This document shows, in pieces, positions 26,403-36,858 of a DNA stretch of 64,000 nt. Location of the stretch: assembly GCA_965249275.1 (NCBI GenBank), contig CBDFLQ010000006.1:288001-352000 (forward strand). The letters run 5' to 3'. The DNA comes from Dehalococcoidia bacterium. Its GTDB lineage: Bacteria > Chloroflexota > Dehalococcoidia > Plut-88900. The notes under the pieces were generated by a model that ran no database searches, had not been told where the DNA came from, and was given only the letters and a program-made list of their open reading frames with translations. A program made the position numbers and the translations under genes. The number at the start of each line of letters is the position of its first letter. Positions within the stretch are counted from its first letter, which is position 1.

Positions 26403-27704
26403 ATGAACTTCGAAAAGTCCATTGAACTCCACAAAAGGTCCAGCCGATCACTGGCTGGCGGGGTCAGCAGCCATCACCGCCGCGGCGAGCTCCCCGTGCC
26501 TCTCTTCTTCGAAAGGGCCAAGGGGTCCCGACTCTTCGACGTGGACGGAAATGAGTTCATCGACTACATCATGGGCAACGGTGCAGCCATCTTCGGCCAC
26601 TCCCCCGACTTCCTCCTTGACTCCGTCCGCCGGATGCTCGATCGCGGCCAAATCATCGCCGGTCAGCACGACCTGGAGATAACAGTCGCCGAGCTAATCA
26701 ACGACTCTGTCCCTTCCTCCGAGATGGTCAGGTTCGGCAGCTCAGGCACCGAGGCCGTCCTCGCCGCCGTCAGGATCGCTCGTGCCTACACCAACCGCTC
26801 CCTTATCATCAAGTTCGAGGGCCATTACCACGGCTGGGCAGACCCCGTCCTCTATAGCGTCGCCCCTAACACCCAGGACGCCGGCCCCCATGACTCCCCC
26901 CTCCCCGTCCCCGAGTCCGAGGGCCAATCTCCCGGGTCCGCAGAAGAAGTCATTGTCCTCCCCTGGAACGACCTCGACGTTCTCTCCAATGCTGTCCGCA
27001 AACACTCCGGAGAGATCGCAGCCATCATCATGGAACCTGTACCCGTCAACACCAACAGTGCATTCCCCAGGCCCGGTTACCTGGAGGGCGTCCGCAAGCT
27101 CTGCGACGAAAATGGCATAGTCCTCATCTTCGACGAGGTCATCACCGGCTTCCGACTCGCCGTCGGTGGTGCTCAGGAGCTTCTTGGCGTAACTCCCGAC
27201 CTGACTACCTTGGCCAAGGCCGCAGCCGGTGGCTTCCCCTTCTCCGTTATTACCGGTAAGCGAGAGGTCATGCAGCCCGTATCTGAAGGCCGAGTCATGC
27301 ACGCAGGCACCGCCAGCGGCAACCTCGTATCTCTCGCCGCCTCCGAGACCACAATCAACAAGCTTAAAGAAAACGACGGTGAGGCCATCCGACGCATGCA
27401 CCACGTCGGCGAGCTTCTAATGGACGGCCTCCGTCAGCTAGCCCATAAGCACGAGGAGGACGTACTGGTCACGGGGCCGGCCTCAATATTCAACATGGCC
27501 TTCACCCCAGAGGCCTCCCTCCCCGACTACCGCGCCTTCTACGAAAAGGTGGACCACGAACGTTACGTCACCTTCCGCCAGAAGCTCCTGGAGGGCGGCA
27601 TAAGGGCCAACATGCACGGCAAATGGTTCCTTTCTTGCGCCCACACCGAGCAGGACGTGGAACAAACCCTCGCCGCCGCCGACCAAGCCTTCCGCGCCCT
27701 CTAA
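26403..27704 (+). CDS. Class III aminotransferase, glutamate-1-semialdehyde aminomutase-like
   Basis: SGTEA, FEGHYHG, LIFDEVITGFR, PDLTTLAK..GG. Confidence 0.88.
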   Translation: MNFEKSIELHKRSSRSLAGGVSSHHRRGELPVPLFFERAKGSRLFDVDGNEFIDYIMGNGAAIFGHSPDFLLDSVRRMLDRGQIIAGQHDLEITVAELINDSVPSSEMVRFGSSGTEAVLAAVRIARAYTNRSLIIKFEGHYHGWADPVLYSVAPNTQDAGPHDSPLPVPESEGQSPGSAEEVIVLPWNDLDVLSNAVRKHSGEIAAIIMEPVPVNTNSAFPRPGYLEGVRKLCDENGIVLIFDEVITGFRLAVGGAQELLGVTPDLTTLAKAAAGGFPFSVITGKREVMQPVSEGRVMHAGTASGNLVSLAASETTINKLKENDGEAIRRMHHVGELLMDGLRQLAHKHEEDVLVTGPASIFNMAFTPEASLPDYRAFYEKVDHERYVTFRQKLLEGGIRANMHGKWFLSCAHTEQDVEQTLAAADQAFRAL

Positions 27705-27775
27705 CCCAGACCCCCAAATCCTTGACCCCCGTCACTCCCAGGCCCTCGGCCGTGTTCTACCGAGGCCCTTAACGC

Positions 27776-28091
27776 CGTCATTCCGGCCCTCGAGCCGGAA
27801 TCCATCCCCGCCCCTTCCCGTATGGGCAGGTCTCGTGCCTGCTCCATCTTTACCTCCCACCCTCCAAGCAGATTTAACCTCGCCATTCCGAGCCCTTACC
27901 CCCTGTCATTCCGAGGCTCCGCGAGGAATCTAAGGCATATTTCTCTCCCAACTAGACAATTGATTACCCCATCCACACCAAGCAGGCGTCTTGATCGTAT
28001 CCCCGTTTCCTCGACGAGAGAGGGCTAGGGTGAGGGTGATCCCATTCATGCAAACCGCCCACCTGTCTGCCAAGCAGACAGGTGGGCGGTT
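27776..28091 (+). repeat. Intergenic repeat cluster (family C x2, GTAG-like, family A, 18-bp perfect hairpin)
   Basis: 27776-27804, 27819-27844, 27904-27939, 28001-28040, 28053-28091. Confidence 0.82.
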
Positions 28092-28133
28092 GAACATCTT
28101 CCTTGGTGCTAGAACTTTTCGAAGCGAGTCCCT

Positions 28134-29711
28134 CTACAACCGAGTCCCGTACCTCGCCTTCTTCCCCAAGTTGCTCCTTATAGCCCCCTGGGCCGCCGCT
28201 ATAAAACGATATACGTAGTACCGCGTCTCCACAGGATCGATCATCTCCTCCAGGCCGAATGCCTCCGCTGTCTTCCACGGCGATGAGTCTGCCAGCAGCC
28301 TGGCCTCAATCTGGCTCCGTCTGGCATTTGGGTCATCCGCCGCCTCTATCTCCCGTCGGAAAGCCGCGAATACGCCGCCTTCCACCGGCATGTCGCCAAA
28401 CTCTCCCGTCGCCCAGCCAATCCGCAGGTGCAGCCGGTCCGGGTTGGCCGTCGAGTTGCACGCCATCCCGAACGCCTTTCGCATGTGTACCGTAACCATC
28501 GGCACCGTAGACTCCATCATCGCCTGCAAGGCCCGCATCCCTTTCCTTAGCGTCCCCTCTCTCTCCGCCACCTCACCGATCATGAATCCAGGGACGTCCA
28601 CCAGGTAGACAATGGGCAGGTTGAACGTGTCGCATAGCTCAATGAATCGGGCCTGCTTCTGCGATGCCTGCGCGTCCAGCGCCCCGCCGATGTACATCGG
28701 GTTGCTCGCCAGAACTCCCACCGAGTATCCCCCGATCCTGGCCATGCCCACCACCAGGGAGCGGCCCCAATCGGGTCCGATCTCGAAGAAAGAGTCCCGG
28801 TCGAAGATCACATCTATTACCCCGTGGGAATCGTAGGCCTGCCTCCGGTCCTCGGGCACCAGGCTCAGGAGTATTTCGTCCTGCCTGTCTGGCGGGTCCC
28901 CTGTCTCTACGAAGGGCGGCATCTCCCAAACGTTCTGCGGCATATAGCTCAGGAACCGTCTCATTTGGTATATAGCGTCCGCCTCATCCTCGGCAACGTT
29001 GTCGATTGTGCCGGAGAGTTGTGTGTGAACGTGAGCGCCCCCCAGATCGAACTTGTTGACTCTGCGCCCCAGGGCTCTTTCCACCACCGGCGGCCCACCT
29101 GCAAAAACGCACCCCGTATCCCGAGTCATTATCGAAAAGTGTGAAATCACCAGCCGTCCCGCCGAGCCCCCCGCACATGCCCCCATCCCCGCAGCGATTA
29201 CCGGCACCTCACCCAACAGCTGGTAGCTGCGCCCAAAGCTGGATGAGCTCACTATTGGGGCGTGGCCCGTGGTCTGTTGCATGCTGACACCGCCCCCCAC
29301 CCCTTCCACGAAAATCATCAACGGGATCCTGTATTCGTGGGCCAGGTCCTCCAGGAAGCCGCCCATTCCACCCTTCTTCCGGTCCAGCCCGATGGTGTGG
29401 CCCGCGCTCACCGTGAAGTCCTCTCCCCCGAGCGCCACTGGCCGGCCATCGACTTCCGCCAGACCCATGATGTAGCTCGCCGGCGTCGGCTCCAGCTCCT
29501 TGCCCTCGGAATCGAACCGGTGGTCGATAGCCATCGTCCCGACCTCTAGGAAGCTTCCCGGATCGGCCAGCGTGCCTATCCTGTCCCTCACCAGCCCCCC
29601 TCCCCGTGACCGCTGTTTCTCCACGGCACGATCGCCGCCGTGGGTCATCGCCCGGTTCCTTCGGTATAAGAGCTCTTCTCTGGCCTTTTCCCATGTGAAC
29701 GACTGGGTCAT
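28134..29711 (-). CDS. Acyl-CoA carboxylase carboxyltransferase (beta) subunit
   Basis: DPGSFLEVG, DFTV..G, GGPPVV, LGGA.VH, LVDVPGFMIG, IDPVETR. Confidence 0.9.
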   Translation of the reverse strand: MTQSFTWEKAREELLYRRNRAMTHGGDRAVEKQRSRGGGLVRDRIGTLADPGSFLEVGTMAIDHRFDSEGKELEPTPASYIMGLAEVDGRPVALGGEDFTVSAGHTIGLDRKKGGMGGFLEDLAHEYRIPLMIFVEGVGGGVSMQQTTGHAPIVSSSSFGRSYQLLGEVPVIAAGMGACAGGSAGRLVISHFSIMTRDTGCVFAGGPPVVERALGRRVNKFDLGGAHVHTQLSGTIDNVAEDEADAIYQMRRFLSYMPQNVWEMPPFVETGDPPDRQDEILLSLVPEDRRQAYDSHGVIDVIFDRDSFFEIGPDWGRSLVVGMARIGGYSVGVLASNPMYIGGALDAQASQKQARFIELCDTFNLPIVYLVDVPGFMIGEVAEREGTLRKGMRALQAMMESTVPMVTVHMRKAFGMACNSTANPDRLHLRIGWATGEFGDMPVEGGVFAAFRREIEAADDPNARRSQIEARLLADSSPWKTAEAFGLEEMIDPVETRYYVYRFIAAAQGAIRSNLGKKARYGTRL

Positions 29712-29834
29712 TGCCTCTCCTCCTGCGAGTTTTATTTTCTGTCACCTCTCCCTTGATGGGTCGCAGATGCGCCCCTGGCGTGAGAGGGCTAGGGTGAGGA
29801 TGCGCTTACATCTCCACCTGGCCGTGTGTTGGGT

Positions 29835-30992
29835 CTACTTCACCACCAAGTCTAACGGCATCCGGGACAATCTTTCGCATCCTGTCTCCGTCACCAGCAC
29901 CGTCTCTCCCGGGGACATCGTAATGCCCCTGGTGCTGTCCAGCAAGATCATGTGCATGAATATAACCATATTCGGCTGAATAACCACCGGGTTACCGGTG
30001 AACAACATCGGGTAGTCCATCCATGTCGGCGGGTACAGGGCCCCGAGACTGTAGCCGCAGGCATTCAGCCTGTGCTCCTTGAACCCCGATTCATCAAAAA
30101 CCTTGGCGTGCGCATCGAATACGTCCCCGAAGGTTGCGCCCGGCTTGCAAGCGCCCTGTGCCGCTTGGAGTGCATTCACCCCGGCCTCGTGCATCTTGTA
30201 ATATTGCGGGTCCGGGGTCCCGGTCAACGCCGTCCTCATCAGGCACGAGTGATAGTGCCGGTAAGCCGCCCCAAACTCCAGTTGCACCTGGTCGTTCTCC
30301 CCAATGTCCCCGTGGCCCGTGATGTGTCTTACCATCAAGGCCCTCTCCCCAGACCCGATGATCCACCGCCCCGCCGGATAGTCACCACCCCCGCGGAATA
30401 TCGCCGAGTGCATCCCTGCAAAGAGTTCCAGCTCCGGCACCCCCGGTGCGAACAGGTCGTATGCCACTTCCAGGGCATCATCCGCCAGGGAGGCCGCCTT
30501 CTTCACATACTCGACTTCCTGGGGACTCTTGACTAGCCGAAGCTCGCTCACCAGGTGCGACGAGTCCTCCCAGCTGCAGAAACCATCCAATGCGCTCTTC
30601 ATCATCTCCCACCGACGCCCCGTCAACGTCCAAGCCTCCAGCTCAACCCCCAGTTTCTTGCCCCGGCACCCCTTCTCTACAAGCACCTTCTTCACGTCCA
30701 GCCCTGGGTTCGCGTCCCCGCTGTCCATCCAGATCCGCACGTCTTCGATTATCGACGTGAACCCCGACTGCCGCAGGTCCGCCGACCTCGTCACCAGGGT
30801 CATGTCCCCGTCCGCTCCCATGTAGAGACACTGGAACTGGGTGTAGCCCATGGTGTCGTAGCCCGTAAGGTAATACATCGTCTCCTGGCGGAAGATCAGC
30901 AGCCCGTCCAACCCCTTCTCCGCCATCGACTCACACGCCCTCCGCCTCCGGTCCGCGAGTTCTTCCTCGCTAAAGTGCAGGTGCTTGGCCAT
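29835..30992 (-). CDS. M24-fold Xaa-Pro peptidase family protein (creatinase/ectoine-hydrolase-like)
   Basis: YYLTGY, RLVKSPQE, pita-bread C-domain lacking canonical metal ligands. Confidence 0.82.
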   Translation of the reverse strand: MAKHLHFSEEELADRRRRACESMAEKGLDGLLIFRQETMYYLTGYDTMGYTQFQCLYMGADGDMTLVTRSADLRQSGFTSIIEDVRIWMDSGDANPGLDVKKVLVEKGCRGKKLGVELEAWTLTGRRWEMMKSALDGFCSWEDSSHLVSELRLVKSPQEVEYVKKAASLADDALEVAYDLFAPGVPELELFAGMHSAIFRGGGDYPAGRWIIGSGERALMVRHITGHGDIGENDQVQLEFGAAYRHYHSCLMRTALTGTPDPQYYKMHEAGVNALQAAQGACKPGATFGDVFDAHAKVFDESGFKEHRLNACGYSLGALYPPTWMDYPMLFTGNPVVIQPNMVIFMHMILLDSTRGITMSPGETVLVTETGCERLSRMPLDLVVK

Positions 30993-31057
30993 CAAGTCTT
31001 ATCCTTTCTTCATTCCTATCCGACTCTTTATTTTCAATCGATCCCCTTCCCCCTCGG

Positions 31058-32806
31058 TCACGCTGGAATCACCGGCAGCGTCACCCGAGACGCGTAACTG
31101 CCATTGTGAAGAACAGTCTGCGATGCAGGCTTGGCTTCCGTACCCTTACCCAGCGCACCCCCCGTATTCGGGTTTCTGTCGAACCTCGGGAAGTTGCTAC
31201 TCGAAATCTCAAGCCGGATCCTGTGTCCCGCCTTGAACAGGTTGCTCGTCGCCCACAAGTCGATCTTGTACTCATACACCTCGCCGGGTGTTATCAACTT
31301 CGCCTCGCTCGTCGACTCCCGGTACCGTGCCCTCACTATCCCGTCCGCAAGGTTAACCGCTCCCCCACACGGGCACGCATCCACCAGCTTCGCCGTGAAG
31401 TCCGTATCCACCGCCGACGACGCTGCGTAAAGCGTCACCGTCACCGGCCCCGTAACTTCGACGGGTTGCTCCAACACCGCCGTCGAGTAAACCAGCACGT
31501 CCTCCCTCGCCTCGATCGCACTCTGATCGAACGATCCCGGTGGCGAAGCAGCCTCGTTGCAGCACAGGCCCCCGCCCCGAGTTGGCACAGGATTGTTCGG
31601 GTTGTAAAGATAGGCGTCATAGGGCTCGTCACCCGGGGCCTCGATACTGAGCATCCCATCTCCCCGAGCGCTGTTCGCCCGACCCCCGCTGTGCAGGTAG
31701 TAGTCCGTGTATTGTGTCCGGGCCAGCGGCCATTCCTTCTCGCTTCGCCACTCATTGGCCCCCATCACGAATATCCGTACCGGGTCCTCCTCCCCGACCC
31801 CGTTGTCCTCTCCCTTCAACCAGTAGTCGTACCAGCGCAGCTTCGTCCCCTGGAAATCGAACGAGACTGCGCTCGCACTCGGCCCGAAATTCACTTCGCC
31901 CCCAACACTGCCCGGCGTATCGTCGTGGAACCAGGGCCCGATTATCAGCCGTTGCCCGTTCCTTGCCGCGTCCGTTGCCCCGTTCTCCCTCATCCCCACG
32001 AAGTTGCGAATCGCCCCACCCAGGAAAATGTCGTACCAGCCCGACATGCTGTAGGCCGGGACCTCAACCGTCGAGTGCCGCTCCCTGATGTTCACCGACT
32101 TCCAGTATGAGTCGTCGTCCGAATGCTGCACCCAGTCGTTGAAATACTGGGCAAGCGCCGGGTTCCTGAACAACGGGTGCTCTGCAAAGTTCAGTGTTTC
32201 GAATGACCCGTCCAGGTCCTTCAGTGCCTCCATCATCCGCGCAGAGTCCGCCGAAACATCCCCATGGTCCCGTTCGATATGTTCTATGTTGGCCATCGCC
32301 AGTGACACTGCCCAGCTAAGCGTGAAGAACAGCTGGAATGCCCCGCCTTGATAAGTCCATCCCTCGTAGTAGTCATCGCTGGTTATGGAAGGAATGATGC
32401 ACTTCAAATGCGGAGGCCTGGATATCGCCGCCAGCCACTGCGTAGCCCCGACATACGAGCCCCCGTGCATCCCCACCGCCTCCGAGGACCAAGCCTGCGA
32501 TGCCGCCCACTCCACAGTGTCGTACCCGTCGTTTATCTCGTTCTTGAAAGTGTAGAACGTCCCCTCGGAGTTGTATCGCCCCCGAACGTTCTGCATCACG
32601 AAAGCGTATCCCTGTTTCGCGGCCCGGATCGGGTCCACGCTGTCCACCCGAGTCGAGAACGCATCCTTGTCATACGGAGTCCGGCACAAAATAACCGGAT
32701 ACCGACCAGGCGTGTCCGGCCGATAAACGTCACTATAAAGAACTGTCCCGTCCCGCATCCGGGCCGGAACATCCTGCTCTACCCTTACCGTAACCGGCTT
32801 ACTCAT
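31058..32806 (-). CDS. CocE/NonD family hydrolase
   Basis: MRDGTVL..DVYRP, RTPY, GGSYVG, GWYD, GPWFH, SSSNFPRFDRN. Confidence 0.93.
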   Translation of the reverse strand: MSKPVTVRVEQDVPARMRDGTVLYSDVYRPDTPGRYPVILCRTPYDKDAFSTRVDSVDPIRAAKQGYAFVMQNVRGRYNSEGTFYTFKNEINDGYDTVEWAASQAWSSEAVGMHGGSYVGATQWLAAISRPPHLKCIIPSITSDDYYEGWTYQGGAFQLFFTLSWAVSLAMANIEHIERDHGDVSADSARMMEALKDLDGSFETLNFAEHPLFRNPALAQYFNDWVQHSDDDSYWKSVNIRERHSTVEVPAYSMSGWYDIFLGGAIRNFVGMRENGATDAARNGQRLIIGPWFHDDTPGSVGGEVNFGPSASAVSFDFQGTKLRWYDYWLKGEDNGVGEEDPVRIFVMGANEWRSEKEWPLARTQYTDYYLHSGGRANSARGDGMLSIEAPGDEPYDAYLYNPNNPVPTRGGGLCCNEAASPPGSFDQSAIEAREDVLVYSTAVLEQPVEVTGPVTVTLYAASSAVDTDFTAKLVDACPCGGAVNLADGIVRARYRESTSEAKLITPGEVYEYKIDLWATSNLFKAGHRIRLEISSSNFPRFDRNPNTGGALGKGTEAKPASQTVLHNGSYASRVTLPVIPA

Positions 32807-32989
32807 CCTTCACCTCTCGACTTCTCTCCATCATCCCGACCAATTTATATGTCATTCCGAGGCTCCGCGAGGAATCTAAGGCGTACGCCCTCACCCATCC
32901 ACTAACGAGCCAAACACGTTCGAATACGTTGTAGGGTGAATTCATTCCTACATCCTGCAAAGCACACCCATTACAATGGAGTTCCCACC

Positions 32990-33787
32990 TCACGAACGCA
33001 GAAACTCCTTCACAATAGCCGAAACCTTCTCACGCTGCTCCAACTGTGGAATGTGACCCGCGCCATCCAGTATCTGCGTCCGCACAGTCGTGTTTACCAT
33101 CCTGTCGGAAAACTCCTTGGCGTACTCCGGAGGCACCAGTGCATCCTGTTTTCCCCACAATATCAACGCCGGCGCCAACACCCGATAGATCCGGTTCTTC
33201 AACCCCTTGTCCGGTATCGGCCAAGTGAATTTGGATGTACAGGCGATAGCCCATGTCCTTGCAATAGTGAAGTTTTGGAACTCCTCCTCATCCTCCGGAA
33301 CCTCGAGGAAACCTTTGGCGAATTGACCCTCGGGGTCCGAGAACAGCGCTTTAACCATCGCATCCGGGCTCATCGCCGTCCAATCGAGCACCGGGTGATC
33401 GTCCAGCCAGAACCCGATGGGGTTCATCAGCGTCAACTTGCTAACCCTGTCTGGACTGCTCGCCGCAATCTCGGCCGCCAGCATGCCGCCGTAAGAATGC
33501 CCAATCACCGCCGGCGACTCCAACCCCAGGGCGTCAAACAGGTCGTAATGGTACAGCACGAGGTCCCACAGGGAGTCGATCTTCCGAATGTCGTCCGGGT
33601 CATGGAGCCCGGGGTGAAGTGGTGCGTACACCGTGAATTCGGAAGAGAGGTCATCCAGGAAACCGTCCCATCGCAGGCCTCCTGCCCCGTGCAGGAACAC
33701 GACGGGCGGGCCTTCCCCTGCAGTCATCACCTTCGGGTTGAGCAGCCCGTCCCTGATCTTTGGGAACCGGTCTTCCACAGTGACCAT
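32990..33787 (-). CDS. Alpha/beta hydrolase
   Basis: FLHGAGG, GHSYGG, WGKQD, AGHIP. Confidence 0.9.
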   Translation of the reverse strand: MVTVEDRFPKIRDGLLNPKVMTAGEGPPVVFLHGAGGLRWDGFLDDLSSEFTVYAPLHPGLHDPDDIRKIDSLWDLVLYHYDLFDALGLESPAVIGHSYGGMLAAEIAASSPDRVSKLTLMNPIGFWLDDHPVLDWTAMSPDAMVKALFSDPEGQFAKGFLEVPEDEEEFQNFTIARTWAIACTSKFTWPIPDKGLKNRIYRVLAPALILWGKQDALVPPEYAKEFSDRMVNTTVRTQILDGAGHIPQLEQREKVSAIVKEFLRS

Positions 33788-33979
33788 TTACTTCTCCTAT
33801 TAAGGTTGATCGAAAGACATCTGCGCACCTATGAATAAACCCCCGTCGGTTTCACAGCTTCCCCCTCCCTCGACGGGAGAGGGTCAGGGTCGAAGACTCG
33901 CCGAGGAGAGTGAGGGTGAATCTCGGTTCCTCAGGTTTCTCTTCTGTCACGCGCCTTTCGAGTCTTTACGAAATCCCCG

Positions 33980-35215
33980 CTAACCCACCACCGCGGCGGG
34001 TGCCTTCGTCTTCAGGGTCTCGGGCCACCAATGGTTCTCCCAATTGTCGTCCCAGATGTTCCGGATGTGCGGGAGCACCTCTTTGGCAAATATCTCGATG
34101 TTCTTCAGCGTCAGTTCGTGCGGCATGGACCCGATCTGCAGCAGCACCATCAGGTTGCCGACCCGCAGCCGCTTCACCGCATCCTTCAGCTGGTCCACCA
34201 CCGACTCTGGCCCACCGCTGATCACGTACTGATTATCTACGAAGTCCTTGAACTTCCATTCTTTCCACTGTCCCATCTGGTCGGCCCTGCCACCGCCGAG
34301 CTGCTTGATCCGGTTGACCAAGCTCTTGTAGTCCTGATATCCCGGCGCGGCCAAGAACTCGGGGGCCGTGGCCATGCACTTGTTGAAGAAGTACTGGATG
34401 TGTTTTTCGTAGTCCTTTTCCGCCTGTGCATCCGTCTCCGACACCGCCACAAGCTGTAGGAACCCCGCTCGGTACGGGTTGGCATCTAGCCCGTTGTAGT
34501 CAACTCTTTCCCAGAACTTCTCCATGATCTTCGTAGCGAACAGGTTCCCGTAGTAGCTTAGGTAGCAATAGCAGTAGTTCTTTTCGCACACGAAGTCCCA
34601 TGTGCTGCTGCTTCCCCCGCCCGGCACCCATATCGGGGGGTGAGGCTTCTGTATCGGCTTCGGCCAGACGTTCACGTAGCGCAACTGTGTGTACTTGCCG
34701 TTAAACGCGAACATCTCATCCCGAGTCCACGCATCCACGATCAGGTCGTGCGCCTCCCTGTACCTCTCCCGTTGTACTATCGGCGGTATTCCGTAGCAGA
34801 AGTTGGCGTCCGCCGACGTGCCCAGCGGCATCCCGGCAACCAGCCGACCCCCGCTTATGCAGTCCAGCATTGCGTACTCCTCAGCGATGCGGACGGGAGG
34901 GTGGGTGGTGGGCAGCGTGGCCCCCATCTGCACCAGGGCCGCGTTCTTCGTGCTCCGCGCCAGCACCGACCCCATGAGGTTCGGGTTCGGCATGAAACCG
35001 TACGCGTTCTGGTGGTGCTCGTTAACGCATATCCCGTCCATCCCCATCTTGTCGGCGTAGATCAGTTCGTCCAGCGTCCAGTTGTAGTACTGACCTACCC
35101 GTTCCGGGTCCGCGAGCTCCGACCAAGGCGGGTCCACCCACACCGAGTGATACCTATCCTCGAAATCATCGGGAAGCTCTCTGTGGGGCATCAGGTGGAA
35201 CATGGATACCTTCAA
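33980..35215 (-). CDS. LLM class flavin-dependent oxidoreductase
   Basis: NEHHQ, RIAEEYAMLD..SGGRL, PKPIQKPHPPIW. Confidence 0.9.
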   Translation of the reverse strand: MKVSMFHLMPHRELPDDFEDRYHSVWVDPPWSELADPERVGQYYNWTLDELIYADKMGMDGICVNEHHQNAYGFMPNPNLMGSVLARSTKNAALVQMGATLPTTHPPVRIAEEYAMLDCISGGRLVAGMPLGTSADANFCYGIPPIVQRERYREAHDLIVDAWTRDEMFAFNGKYTQLRYVNVWPKPIQKPHPPIWVPGGGSSSTWDFVCEKNYCYCYLSYYGNLFATKIMEKFWERVDYNGLDANPYRAGFLQLVAVSETDAQAEKDYEKHIQYFFNKCMATAPEFLAAPGYQDYKSLVNRIKQLGGGRADQMGQWKEWKFKDFVDNQYVISGGPESVVDQLKDAVKRLRVGNLMVLLQIGSMPHELTLKNIEIFAKEVLPHIRNIWDDNWENHWWPETLKTKAPAAVVG

Positions 35216-35591
35216 GATTGCACCTCCGGGGTATGAAAACCCACCATTTCTTCAGGCCTAGTCCTCGCTATATGAGGAGCCTCAACGTCTGCGCATATTA
35301 GCACAATGTTTCCCTTCTTTGTCCTTTCCCCAGCCCATTACCCCCTACGGCCACTTCCATATCACTCCGGGCTTTTCCCCAGTTATTCCGATACTTTTTC
35401 GTTGTCATGCTGCGGCTCTTTTCATTGTCATAGCAAGCCCCCTTTAATTGTCATTCCGAGGCTCTGCGAGGAATCTAACGCGCCACTCCCTAAAGCAACA
35501 TCCTCAAACTATTCTCCACGTACAAAAACAACATGGCGCAAGTGCAAGACACTTACGCCATATCTTCCCTAAAGTCTAGGAAACCCTGAAA

Positions 35592-36365
35592 CTAATCCAA
35601 CTTCTCCAAAAACCTCAGCATCAGATCATTCAAGATATCCGGGTGCTCAATCATTATCGGATGCCCACACGCCGAGATAAGGTCGTATTGCGCCCCTTCC
35701 ACTTTCTCCGCCACCAGCTCCGACCCCGGTATCGACATCACATCCTCATCCCCCACTACCACCATTAACGGTACTGTCACCTTGCTGAAGTCCGGGTTGG
35801 GATCGAAGGTTCCACAGGCCGCAAGGTCCGAGTAACACACCTCTCCCGGAGTCCCCGACATCTCCCTCGTCGCCCATTCCTTTATCTCACTCGAGGTCTG
35901 CCGGGAGTACATCTCGTCTGAGTCCCGCCTCATCTTGTCCGGGTCTGTTTTCCACGGCTCAATTTCTTCGTCGCCTATCTCCCAACTGGGGCTCGACCCC
36001 ACCATGATCGCACCTTTTAGCATCTCCCCGTGATGCACGGCGAAGTCCAGTGCCATGGAGCCGCCCATCGAGTGACCCGCGAACACAAACGGGGCCAAAT
36101 TTAACGCCTCGGCCAACCCTTTAACGAAATCTCGATACCCTTCCGCGTTGTCGATCCCCTCCCCACCGGAGTCCAGGTGGCCGGGCAGGTCTACCGACAC
36201 GGGACTATGGTCTTTGGACAACGCCTCCATCTGGTGGTGCCAGATTTTGTGGTTGTCCGTGGCTCCGTGGATCAATAGTACCGTGTTACCCTTCCAGTTG
36301 CCCTCCGCGAATCCTTCCGCCGCATCGAAGTTAACTTTGCTGCCATTGACAGTTACGCTGCCCAT
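35592..36365 (-). CDS. Alpha/beta hydrolase
   Basis: IHGA, DLPGH, GHSMGG, GDED, CGH. Confidence 0.9.
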   Translation of the reverse strand: MGSVTVNGSKVNFDAAEGFAEGNWKGNTVLLIHGATDNHKIWHHQMEALSKDHSPVSVDLPGHLDSGGEGIDNAEGYRDFVKGLAEALNLAPFVFAGHSMGGSMALDFAVHHGEMLKGAIMVGSSPSWEIGDEEIEPWKTDPDKMRRDSDEMYSRQTSSEIKEWATREMSGTPGEVCYSDLAACGTFDPNPDFSKVTVPLMVVVGDEDVMSIPGSELVAEKVEGAQYDLISACGHPIMIEHPDILNDLMLRFLEKLD

Positions 36366-36412
36366 TACCCCTCCCTACTTGTCGAAACCTGAGGCCCCGA
36401 TATCGGGGCCGG

Positions 36413-36850
36413 TTACTCGGACGGTGCTACTACCAGGGCCTGTCCCGTGACCGCCCTCCGCCCCTCCGGGTTCTCGATATACACGTCTACGTCTAAGCAG
36501 TTCTCCCCGTCCCGCACCTCTTTGTCCGTCACCACACCCACGCATTGGATCGGCTCTTCGTGCTTCACCGGCGCCCGGAAGATGATGTCCAGTTTCTTCA
36601 GTGTTATGTTGGGCGCCCAGTCGGTTATCAGCTGGGACAGGTAGGCCATGCTCATGATCCCGGGAATAATCATCTCGTCGACGCCCTCGCTCCGGGCCGT
36701 CTCAAGGTCCGTGAACCGGGTCTTCTCCTCCAACCCGTAGGCCCTGCAAAACGCTTTCACCTGCTCCAGCGTAGGCTTTTTGTCCAGGGGCCCTATCTCA
36801 TCCCCTACGTCCACCTGGTCGAAATAGACCGCATTGCTCTGTTCACTCAT
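36413..36850 (-). CDS. MaoC-like (hotdog) dehydratase subunit
   Basis: VDVGDEI, IIPG.MS, FRAPV, GVVTDK. Confidence 0.8.
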   Translation of the reverse strand: MSEQSNAVYFDQVDVGDEIGPLDKKPTLEQVKAFCRAYGLEEKTRFTDLETARSEGVDEMIIPGIMSMAYLSQLITDWAPNITLKKLDIIFRAPVKHEEPIQCVGVVTDKEVRDGENCLDVDVYIENPEGRRAVTGQALVVAPSE

Positions 36851-36858
36851 TGGTCTTC

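Noticed and set aside
26403-27704. hemL assignment
   Set aside because: The family is clear, but there is no tetrapyrrole gene context and the N-terminus diverges; likely a paralog.
31106-32110. Long antisense ORFs (e.g. 334 aa opposite cocE, 300 aa at 32936-33838)
   Set aside because: Shadow ORFs expected from high GC codon bias; the opposite strand carries clear family motifs.
35333-35479. CRISPR array
   Set aside because: Units are only 21-23 nt in total, degenerate, lack repeat-spacer structure, and no cas genes are in the window.
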